NCBI GenBank assembly: GCA_015680685.1
Contig: MNCI01001630.1
Location: forward strand, 452,689 to 516,688
DNA length: 64,000 bases
Direction of reading: 5' to 3'
Source of the DNA: Gnetum montanum
Lineage: Eukaryota > Plantae > Gnetophyta
A model generated the notes under the pieces. It searched no databases. It was given only the letters and a program-made list of their open reading frames with translations, and was not told the DNA's origin. This document shows positions 37,401-49,400 of the stretch, piece by piece. A program made the translations under genes and the position numbers. Positions within the stretch are counted from its first letter, which is position 1. Each line of letters opens with the position of its first letter.

Positions 37401-40400
37401 GGGGCATGTGCATCATGCTCACCGAAGATGCCATTGGTGGGTACCTCTCCCTGCTGTGGGAAGGGGAGGTTATCCTATCGTTAATTCCTAGTTTCTAGGA
37501 TGTGGCTTCCTTCTTTCTAGGGGAGGTTTCCCGCACCTTCAGTGGTCAGGTTTCGTGCATGTGACTCCCTCTCCTTTGGCAAGCCACGATGGAGCTCGTT
37601 GAGCCTTTTTTCATACAAACAAGGAGCTGGTTGAAACTTTAGGGCACTCACTTTGTGTTTATACTTTGCCTAAAGCTTGGCTGGCTGGTGAATTTGTTGC
37701 GATACTTCTTGGCGATGTTTTGATAGCATTGCCATCGGAGACATTTTGGACTTATCTTGGCATTATGGTATGTCGTGAGGATGCCTAACTTGGTGTTGAT
37801 GGTTGGTGTTTTACAATTAGTGGACTTCCCAAGGGTTTATGTCTGCCGTGGGATTTGCTAGGGTTGGAGTTTTGAGTGGCTTGGGGAACCATCATCGTCT
37901 GCTGTGCCTGATGGTGCCCAGGCAATCTCCTCGGCTTTGCTAGACGAATTGGTGGATGACTGGAAGAAATAGCTCCAACAACACCTGTGCAAGAGGGAGA
38001 GGGAGAGGGAAATCCAGGAGCAACTTGAGGGTTTGTTTAAGGCTAAGTTGAATAGATAGCTCCTAGAGGTTGAGGAACACATTAGACTCTGTCCTGGGAG
38101 TAGGAGGAGGCCCTTAGGGAATAGCTTTGGCAGGAGCAGGAATAATCAATGATGGAGCATGAAAGGAAGTGGTGGAAGGAGATGGAAGCCGAAGACGTAG
38201 TCCAACGTAGCCTTCTGGAAGAGTGCCTTTGATAAGAGATAAATGAACAACTGAGAAAGGAGGAGAAGGAATCAGAGGAGAGGGAGCAGGAGGAAGCATT
38301 CCAAAGGATAAAGTAACTATTGGATGAGCACAACATGCAAGAGCGCTAGGCAAAGGTGTAGGCTGTTGTCGGAAATCAACAGCAGAAGATATGCAGCAAA
38401 AACCAGAAACCGAAATGCCCAAAATCAAGCCCCAATGACATGAAATTATTTACAAATCTGATGCTATCACTGAATGTCGCTTGGAGTGACTAAAATCGAG
38501 ATCTTGCTTTTGCTTATCGAGGTTAATTGCTTGGGAAAGATGGCCATGAGAAACTCTCTAGAATTTTTCTGTAAACTTATTGCACTTTATCGTGGTAGCG
38601 ATATTTACACTATTGAACTTTGTCGTGGCAGCAATGATGACGCTATCAAACTTTGTTGTGGCAGTGATGATGACACTATCAAACTTTGTTGCGGCAGCAA
38701 TAACAATCGATATGCACTTTATTGTTGGATTGATAAAAACATCGATATACTGAAAATTATATTGATCTCTTATCACTGGATTGATGGAAATTTAATATGA
38801 CCTGCAACCTGGAAGATAAGAAACCAAAACAAGCTTGATTCAGGGGAAAATTACGACAAATCTTTTTCAAACTTCAGCCATAGTGCCGTGATACATCAAA
38901 GACCAATATACATCTCAAAAAACAGCCATGTAATGAGATTTGATATGACATGCAAATGAGTTTATGAAATGGGCTTCAAAATAACTTGTGAGTATGACAT
39001 TCTTGAGAGAAAATAACAGCTCAACCCTCTAAGGGCTTAGATCTAGAATCCAAATGTTCAGAACTATTAGACAATACTAAATCTATCATTCTTTAATGCC
39101 AAATTTTGCTTACAGCATCAAATGCTTATGAAATTTTGTGAGAAGGGGTGAAGATAATGAAAAACCCCAAAAGAGCTTTCCAAAACCTTTACAAATTAAC
39201 ATAAAACACTGATTCTAATGTCAAAATAATAGATCCTCCTTGCTAGAGTTGCCAATTCAAATCATCAAACACTTCTACTTGAGCTTCCAAACATAGATTC
39301 TTTAAACATGAACATGAGATTTCATGTGTAATTCAAATGCTTCTAAAACTGAGAAATATAAACTGAAAATTGAGAGAGAAAATTGTGAAAATGAGATCAG
39401 ATTGTGAGAAATTTTGAGAACATTGTAAGAAATTGGATGAGAGAATTGTGAGGATCTTAGTTCATTGCAAGAAATTCATGTTGTGAGAATGAGAGAACAA
39501 AAGGAAAATACACACAAAAACCTTAAAGAGCCACCAACATGCTTCTTCTCTTCTGTTCACCTTGAGCTTGAACTTGAAACAAAGTGTTCTCATCGAGTTT
39601 GAAATGAAGGAGAGGATTCCTTCTTATACTTTTTTTGGGGATGTCTCACTTTGATGAGGATTACTTGTGGGATCAATGATGCATTACAAAAGTGATGTGT
39701 GCACATGCTCTCACATGAAATAAAACATAAACTTCAAACTTTGGAAATTAAAAACTAACTCCTTATGACTCTTTATGATTTCTAACTTTTGAAAACCAGA
39801 AAAATATTACAGGACTCCAAATTAAACAGGACATTCAACATAAAATTGAAAGCAAATTCGATGGTCCACGAGGACACATCTCACACTATCTTCAACAACT
39901 GCTAACGCCAAGAGGTGGCTTCATGAAGGGAACTGCCCCTATGTGGTTTTGGGGATCCACAGAGAAACCCGTGAAAGGACCTTCATAGGTATATTAGGCA
40001 GGAGCTCTGCACGATGCATCCCAACAAGATGTGTCATCTTCCCTGCCATGTGCAAGAGCAATAGGAGGACAGGTTCAAGATGTTTCAGCAGGTTGCAGGG
40101 TTTCTGCCTTTGGAATAGGATAGAGAAATTTTAGATAAAGTGCATAGGCAGGAATGGCCTTCCTGTCACTATAGAACCCTGGCTTTCCCAATATGAGCTA
40201 CCATTTTGTTGCTTCTATGATGGCTATTTGGTTAGATTTCAGGGGTCTGCTAACTCTGGGTTTTGATAGTAATACAAACAGGCACGGGTTACCTTTACTG
40301 GTAATTTTATTGTTCAAGTTGAGGCGGTGTCACCCCCTACACTTCAAAATGTTTTAACTTTGAAGTGACACAGTGCTGGTTGGAACGGGGGTCCCACTCC

Positions 40401-43400
40401 CCACCCCCAGTTTTTGTAATTTGTAAATGTTGCCTTTTCTGTAATTTAATATCCCTGTTCCTTCTCAAAAGAAAAGAAAATGATTCTCATTGAGTTTCAA
40501 ATCATTGTCAGGTTTGAATTCACAGATTTAAATTTGACATTCACCTTTGATTTTACTCCCAAGAAGTTGAACAAAATGTTAATAATCATTATGATTTACC
40601 AACTTATTTATGAAGGCAGCTGGGGTATATAACTTTTGACCGCTCAATTTAATGTTTTTGGGTAAACTAATTTTGGCAGCTTTACATAGGGGAAAACCAT
40701 GGGTTCAGGTGATGTGTGTCAAGTACCATTACAATTTACATAGGGGAAAACCATGGGTTCAGGTGATGTGTGTCAAGTACCATTACAATGCTCTTTTGTT
40801 TCACAATGCACCTCTTATAACTTGTGCTAGCACAACATGGTAGAGTTGTGAGAAGCTAAAAGTTAGGTTTGAGAGAAATCTGCATGTTGAAGGGCAATCT
40901 GTTCATTGGGAGATTCTAATCAGTATAAGTTGAATGATGCTTATACAAAATTGGCTCCAGGTATTAAGGATCCTCTCAAGGAGGCATGGTGAAAGGCTGT
41001 TATGATTCCAAAATGCAAAATTTTTATGTGCAAGTGTCTATATGAAAAATTACTTGTGAATGTTTTTTTACACCATACAGGTTTGATTACAAGTGAGCTT
41101 TGTATGATGTGTATTGCACAACCAAAGACCATTAATTGTTGTTTATTTCAGTGTCCTACTATGCAATCATTTTAGCAAGAGCTTGCATACAACTAGCACA
41201 CGCTGGAACTACATGTCCATTCATGATGTAATTTCTTGAACTTCTCAAATTTGAGAAAAATGGAAGCGATGCAAACATAAAACTCTTATTGCCTCTGCTT
41301 TTCATGCTTTATGGTGTTGCAGAAATTGGTGGGTCTTTAAACAAGAGCACTGCAATTCTAGGATTAAGGTTCTAAGGTTTGTTACAGATTGTTTTTCTTT
41401 CTTTTGCTACCATGGTGGTGGTGATTTTTGAGGAAAAGCTGCGGATGTTTATTCATTTGAAAGAATTTTGTCTGATGTTGTGCCTTCCTTCCTTGTTTTT
41501 ATGTTCTGATTTCTTTTCTTAATTGTTTAGTATGGAAGGCCTTCTTTTGTTTTATATTGGAAGCTTTGGTAGCTCGACTTTCGTATGGCTTTTCCTTCTA
41601 TTTTCTAGTTTTCTAGGATTTTCAGTTATATCTTTGGTATGGTTGACAATGTAATCAACTTTCAGTCTTCCAAATGTGCCATGGCCACCATAGAACTGGG
41701 TTTGCCTTTCTTTAAAAAAAAATTATCAACTTCAATGTGTACTTTTAATATGAAAAATGTATAACCATGCTAGTTACATACTAAACTAATTAGTAGTTAA
41801 TGATAAATGAAAAGACATGTTGATTTGTGCGTGATTGCAACTCTACCTTTTTGGGATAAAAGAGGCTTGCATCTGAGTCTATATATATATATATATATAG
41901 CACAGACACACACCAACCATCGAGTAGGTCAGTGGTTGCAGATATATTTTTCTATTTTTCATTTGTTCAGTTGTAGTCATGCTTTGATTATTGTGCATGA
42001 CATTTTGGTGTTTACCTCATCATTGTTACCTATTTACTATTATATCTGTGAGTATATCATATCACGGGGGACAATTTAACTGTTCTATAAAATAGTTGCA
42101 AACATGGTGTTATCTTTTGAACTCACTATGTATTGTTGTGTTCTTGTTTATCTTACAAAATACAGTACTTATCAACAATGGGCTTCGTAATTATTAACCC
42201 CTGCGGTTTGATTCAATTCATTACGTCATTCATAAATCCTTAATGAACGAAGTTTTCCACTTCCTGTGGACCACAAATTCCAACATAGACACACAAGGAT
42301 ATCAAGAGTTCAAGCTTCAATTTAGCAGATAGTGAACCTCTTCTGACCCTAAGATTTTTCAGGTAGATAGTTTGCTCTGATATGATTCCAACATGCCCAA
42401 GATCATTCAGAAATTTCAACGAATGAGGAAGTTATGGCTGTCACCACCTTAGCTTGATTAGTCAAAACTAGCGACCAATTACTTGGGGAAATTCTTGATA
42501 GGTATCACCAGCATTAAACTTACTTTTAGGGTTGTGCTACGTTAAGTAATTTATAAATTTATTTGTCAATTACAGATTGCAACTCAAGAAGAAAGAGGTC
42601 ATATACACTCATGCCCAACTTGCATCCGCAGTCACACCCTTTTGAAACTTGCAGCGGACTTGCGATCTACTTGCAATGGAAACTTTTTACAATGTTGCAT
42701 TCTAAATTCTGAAATCAATGCTTCTGCACACCTGCACCTTCCTCTTTGCTATCGTAATAGGTGTTTTCTTTGTGCTTTTAAAGGACATATTTTCCAATTA
42801 AAGCTTGTTCTACTTCGGCAATTGGAGGCTTAAAAAGTTGACAAATATTTTGGTTAGGGTGGCTTTCATACATGTCTTTGCAACCTCTATTTTCTTTAAT
42901 TGAATATCTTAAACTTCAATAAATTTATTAATTTACCTTGGTATTTTGAGCTGGTGCTATGTCATTGAGGCATTGCTCACTTGGTTAGAGCATACGGCTT
43001 GTAGTTTGTAAGTCATAGGTTCGACTCCAAGGGATATGTTGAGAGGTGTGTCATCTAGGGGTATGGTAAAAATATACATTTAAGGACTATTACATTAGGT
43101 AAACAGCCAGCCATTGTAAATCATTGTCAGATCTTTGGCCTAGCTTAATGGTCAGCCTGTTATAGATGAGATAAAAACACCAATATGAAGACTTTGAGCT
43201 GTTGCTATGTTGTTGAAGATCTTATATTTGCAGTTTTGGGCTTGGTATCTCCTAGGTTCATGCAAGATTCCATGTCAGCCAATATTGCTTTGGTCCGTTA
43301 TTAGTGGTATCTCTTTGTCTTTACGTAAGGATGGTTTGCACCCTTAGCCACATCTGCATCGTCACTCTCAGGACTTGCATTCTTGGACTTCTTCCTTTTC

Positions 43401-46400
43401 TTGCTTTGCTCTTAGGTCAGAGTGCTTTCCTCCTTTCTCCACTCCATTTCAATTATAATAAATTTTATCAAAGCAGTAGGCACATTATTTTTTATGTGCA
43501 TTTTTAAATTGCTACTAAGATGCCTTCTTTATCTTCTTTGATAAATGTAAATTGCAAATTTAGCTGTTCTGTCTTGCGACAATAAGTTGCTTGTTTTTTT
43601 TAAAGCAAAATGTTAGACAACTTGGCTATTAAAAAGCACATGCTACTGATCTTGATTTATAAATGTAGAAATTGATAGAGCTACACAATTTTAGCCAACC
43701 TCATCCTATTGGGACAAGGCTAGGATGATGATGATAGAGCCAGCCAATTTCCTTTGAAGCCTGAGAAAAAGCATCATTTTATTAAGTAAAACTTCACCTG
43801 TTGTCAGGCGTTTTTTTCAGTTGGGCAGTTCTTACAATTTCCAAGTGTTACTATTGAAATTACCTCCTTCATAGCAATCCTTTATGTAGCTGATCAGACC
43901 TAGCAAGAGTTTCTCTTGCTACAGTCTCATTTATTCTCATTTATCCTTCATGAGAATTGATCATTAAGGCCCGAAGACTAGTCTCATTTGGTTGCTTTTA
44001 GATATTGCATTGAATAAGCAAAGAGAAAACAAGGTCAGTGGAGGTGCATTTCCTCCAATGGGACGGGTGGAATACCCAAATGCACCCCTGCTTAGGCAGA
44101 GCCGGTGGCATTGCCATCCTTGCCCGATACACCATGAATCTCGTGGATGTTTCCCATTGGGCCCTCACTGTCCAGCTCCCCTCGCAGGGGGTTTGGCTGA
44201 CCAATTTCTACGGTGCACAGAATTGGGAGCAGCGGCTCCAGGAGTTGACACGGGTGGCGCGGCTGGTTTCGGACCATAGGTCATGGATTTTGGCCGGGGA
44301 CTTCAACCAGCGCCTACATCCGTGGGAGAAATCTGGGGGAGCTGCCCCCCGCCACCTGGAGCGACTGAATTCCAGAGTTTTCTTACGACCTTTTCTTTGG
44401 TTGACCTGCCCATTGAGAACTGTCGGTTCACCTGGAGTAACTGAAGGAAAGGCCCGGATCGGGTCCTCACCCGTATTGATCGGGTTTGCGTCAGCACGGA
44501 CATGTTACTCCGTTCCTCAGTGCGGGTGACGGGACATGAAAGGGTGGCTTCTGATCACCGCTCGTTGACCATCACCATCGGACCAGACAAGCCCGGCATC
44601 CTGCGCCCCTTTCGTTTCGAAGCTTCCTGGTTAGCCAAACCATGGTTGAAGCCACTGGTGGAGGAGATCTGGACGGACTATCAGCCCGGCCAAGAGGACC
44701 CTCGAAACTTCCTACGGGAAGCTTTACTCCTGCTGAAATGGGCTATCAAGAGCCTGCCGGTGGCTGACAAGTTTTCCTTTCGAACGGGTTTGGATGAGCT
44801 TCGGGACAAGCTCGGCCGGATACAAGCCCGACAGGAGGCGGGGGAGGATCTCCATGCAGAGGAGCAGCGTGCGCTGCGGTAGCTGCAGGCCCTGGATCAG
44901 GAGGAGGAGACCTACTGGCGGCAGCGCTCCCGGGTGCGCTGGATCAGGGACGGAGATCGGCAGACCAGATTCTTCTTTGCCATGGCCAAGTNNNNNNNNN
45001 NNNNNNNNNNNNNNNNNNNNNNNNNNNNNNNNNNNNNNNNNNNNNNNNNNNNNNNNNNNNNNNNNNNNNNNNNNNNNNNNNNNNNNNNNNNNNNNNNNNN
45101 NNNNNNNNNNNNNNNNNNNNNNNNNNNNNNNNNNNNNNNNNNNNNNNNNNNNNNNNNNNNNNNNNNNNNNNNNNNNNNNNNNNNNNNNNNNNNNNNNNNN
45201 NNNNNNNNNNNNNNNNNNNNNNNNNNNNNNNNNNNNNNNNNNNNNNNNNNNNNNNNNNNNNNNNNNNNNNNNNNNNNNNNNNNNNNNNNNNNNNNNNNNN
45301 NNNNNNNNNNNNNNNNNNNNNNNNNNNNNNNNNNNNNNNNNNNNNNNNNNNNNNNNNNNNNNNNNNNNNNNNNNNNNNNNNNNNNNNNNNNNNNNNNNNN
45401 NNNNNNNNNNNNNNNNNNNNNNNNNNNNNNNNNNNNNNNNNNNNNNNNNNNNNNNNNNNNNNNNNNNNNNNNNNNNNNNNNNNNNNNNNNNNNNNNNNNN
45501 NNNNNNNNNNNNNNNNNNNNNNNNNNNNNNNNNNNNNNNNNNNNNNNNNNNNNNNNNNNNNNNNNNNNNNNNNNNNNNNNNNNNNNNNNNNNNNNNNNNN
45601 NNNNNNNNNNNNNNNNNNNNNNNNNNNNNNNNNNNNNNNNNNNNNNNNNNNNNNNNNNNNNNNNNNNNNNNNNNNNNNNNNNNNNNNNNNNNNNNNNNNN
45701 NNNNNNNNNNNNNNNNNNNNNNNNNNNNNNNNNNNNNNNNNNNNNNNNNNNNNNNNNNNNNNNNNNNNNNNNNNNNNNNNNNNNNNNNNNNNNNNNNNNN
45801 NNNNNNNNNNNNNNNNNNNNNNNNNNNNNNNNNNNNNNNNNNNNNNNNNNNNNNNNNNNNNNNNNNNNNNNNNNNNNNNNNNNNNNNNNNNNNNNNNNNN
45901 NNNNNNNNNNNNNNNNNNNNNNNNNNNNNNNNNNNNNNNNNNNNNNNNGACATTCAACCAGGGACCCCCAACGACACATACTTGGGCATCCCCCTTTTCC
46001 GGTGGGGAAGGACCACGGCGTGGGGCCATCTGCTGGAAAAGATGGAGCGTAGGGCAAGCCACTGGGCTAACAGATTCCTGAGCCGCAAGGGGCGCCTGCT
46101 GGTGGCTGCAGGGATCCTCGTGGCCACCACGCGTTTCGTGGCGGCAGTAGCCGCCCCCTGGTACCGTCATTAATGCCATCAATACGTCACTTCGTCTGGG
46201 GGGGGCAGAGGGGGGAGCAAGCTGCACTTGGTCCGTTGGGAGCAAGTGGCGCGCCCACGTGGTGCGGGCGGCCTGGGCATCACGACGTTCGAGGACGAAT
46301 TGATGCTGGGGGGACAACGGCCCGTTCTCTGGCTCTCGCGGTCTCATCGGGACCCGGTCCCATGGATTAATATTATTCGAGTCCTTGGGGTGCTAACATC

Positions 46401-49400
46401 ACGTGGGGCCGTAGGGCCCCAAGGGAGCGGCGCCCCCCGTGCGGCAGGACCAGTCGACTTTCGCCCCCCCAGAAACCCCCAGCCCCCCTGCAACCTACGC
46501 CTGGAGCGAAGAGCAACGAAAGAGGGTGGTGGAGGAAGCCAGAGAGGCGGAAAGAAGGGAGTGGGAGGCAAAGTGGACGGAAGCCTTCGCCCAGGCCCGC
46601 AACGAGTTAGAGGCCCAGTTCTGGGCAAGGGAGTAAGAGCGGGCTAGGCAGCAGGACATCATGGTAGACGCTGCCAGGGCTCGGCTCATCGATGAAATCA
46701 GAGCCCAGGTGCGGGAGGAGCTCGCGCAGGAGGATGAGTCCCGGAGACAGAGACAGCAGGCGGAGCAGGAGGAGCGGGCCCGGCTTATGGAGGAGGAAGA
46801 GCAGAGACAGCGGCAGCTGGACCGTGCCCACGAGCATAACGCCAGACAGTGGTTACGTGGGGGACGGTGCCCATACCTTACGTTAGGTATCAGTTGCGAG
46901 AGTTCATGGGGCGAACTACGTAGATACATCTGCAGAACCTCGACGCACTGCCACCTCGACGCAGGCACCTCCCATGAGGACAGAAACAGAAGGTAGGCGG
47001 CCATGCAGGGTATTTTACAGGCGGCCAGTTTCATGGACACGGAGGAGCACCGAAATACTCTGGATCTTCTGCATGAGCTGATTCATCCCGACTGTGCTTG
47101 CAGGCAGCTTCCTACGAACCCCTAAGTGGGAGGGCGCCCCCCCCCTCCCCCACTATCTCCTTTTGGGGTTGGTGTTTCTCGATTTTGTCTCGCGGATCTC
47201 GGCCCCCGGCCGGCTAGCCTAGGTGAGATGCCGTGATCGAGGGATCCTTCCCCCTCGGTGTGGCCACCGTTGGTGACCCCCTGTTGTAATCTCTTGTAAC
47301 ATATTTTTGATCTTTTCCGTAATAGAATCCCGAACACTTTCTCAAAAAAAAAAAAAAAAAAAAAAAAAGGCCAAAAATTTATTTGCTTTATGGATTTTAC
47401 TAAAGCTTTTGACTTTGTTGTGAGAGAACAGGTATGGAGCAGACTTATCAAACTTAAAGTTGACATTTGTTTATTTAATGGTAACTAAAGTTTATTGAAA
47501 GATAATTTTTGACTTAAAAGATGATGAGACTACACAATCTTGTCAGTTTTACAGTAATATACGAATAAAGCAAGGCTGTCCTCTTTTACTAATTTTGTTT
47601 GACATTTTTATTGATGAACTAGAAGAGTGGATTAAAAGGGTACCGACAAATCATGCTATTAGAATGGATCAGTCATTGTTACAACTTTTAATCTTTGTAG
47701 ATGATGTAGCACTAATAGCAAATTTAGAAACAGTTAAATGCAATGCTACATCAACAACAAAAATTTTGTGAATGTACAAAAATGAAGGTGAATGTTGAAA
47801 AAATAAAAATGCTAATTTGTCGGAAATCGTGCTTGATGCTACTCCTGCAATGCCCAAATCTCTAGGGGATGCTTCTCCTATTGATTTGGGTGTTGGCATT
47901 TCCTGCTCTCGGGATCCAATTCATAGTGGTGGAGGTTTTAGAGGCCACTACGTAGGGTCATGGGAGGTTTCTAGTCTCACTAGAATCTAGGAGGGTCAGT
48001 AGGCCTCTAATACTGATGGCTCATAGCAAGAAGACACAAATGGAGATTGACTTGGGTTTTTAGTCAACCTTGAAAGAGGTCTATAAGAAACGGTCTACTA
48101 GTAGACCATGAGAATCTTGTCATAGAACCATAGGGGTCAAGTATGCCGTATAAAAGAAATACCTTGAAGGAAATTGTACAAAGAGAAGACTGTAACATGG
48201 TGTGTTTGTAGGAGACAAAGCTGCAACATACAGAATCCCATTTTCTATGATGGGCCAGATGGCAGGTGTAGCTTGTCACTTGTTGGGGTAGGGCATGGGG
48301 CTTGGCTGTCCTCTTATGGTTGTTGTTCGACTTAGTGGATTCATCTACTTGGAGTGTAACTTTTTTGATGATTCTTTTGGAATTTGGCTTACTAACTTCT
48401 ATAGGGCTTAGGATTGGGAGGTATGGCTAGAGGAGCTTAGGAGGATTTTGCTGTTGGTGCCTGATAGATGACAATTGATCTTGGTTGGGGGATTTCAACC
48501 AATGGTTGCATGCTTGGGAGAAGTCTGGAGGCAACAACATGGACCCCCTCGTAGTCAAGAATTCTTGTTCTTTCTCTAGTTCCATGACCTCGTGGACATG
48601 GCAATCAAGGACTACCTTTTCACATAGAGTAATAGGTGATGTGGGAAGGACCGTGTCATGTCCAAAATTGACAAAGTTTGGATAAGTATTTTGATGAACT
48701 TTGAGGTCTAGGTATTGGGGAAGGAGAGGCAGGCCTTTGATCACCATTCGGTGGTCTACTAGGTGGGGAGAATACAAAGGCAAACTTCCTTACCTTTTCA
48801 CTTTGAACATTCGTGGTTGTTGAAGCCCTAGCTGAGGCCCTTAGTGATGGAGATTTGGGTGCATTATCCTACGTAGGTTGATCTGCAGGACTTTCTTAAA
48901 GATGGGCTAATCAGGCTTAAGAGGGCCATCTATTCTAAGAAGACAGAGGAGAAGTTTTCCTTTTGGGCCAACAGAGCCACCTTGCAAAAACAATTAGCCA
49001 ATCTCCAAGCTCTACATGAAATGGGGGCATTGTTAGAGGAGGTTGAGCAAGAAGTTCTCAAAGAGCTACAAACGCTTTTTGCTGAAGAGGAGTTGTATTG
49101 GAGACAATGGGCATGGGTTAGGTGGCTGAAGAAGGGGGATAGAAATATGTGGTTCTTCTTTGCCACTGCTAAATCAAATAGATAGCCCAAAAGGATACAT
49201 CAGTTGGTGCAGGAACCACTCTTGTTCATGCATAGAAGATTGCACAAATGGTGCACACGTTGTGGGCTAAGATATGGAGTAAGCACAACACCCTCCTGCT
49301 ATCTATGTTGGTGCATATTGTGATTGGTTAGGCGGAGAACCACATGCTATTGGCGCCTTTTACGTGGGTCAAGTTGGAAGAAGCTATGGTGTCGATGAAA

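Noticed and set aside
38580-38720. CRISPR-like ~33-bp periodicity
   Set aside because: Tandem subrepeats without spacers, inside a plant LTR.
42969-43030. Functional tRNA gene
   Set aside because: The acceptor and anticodon stems do not pair; kept only as a pseudogene or SINE head.
44724-46347. Long ORFs of 370-470 aa in the ORF track
   Set aside because: Artefacts of translating through the N gap.
47084-47092. In-frame HPD tripeptide in copy C
   Set aside because: It lies after helix IV rather than in the J loop and is not conserved in other copies; probably coincidental.
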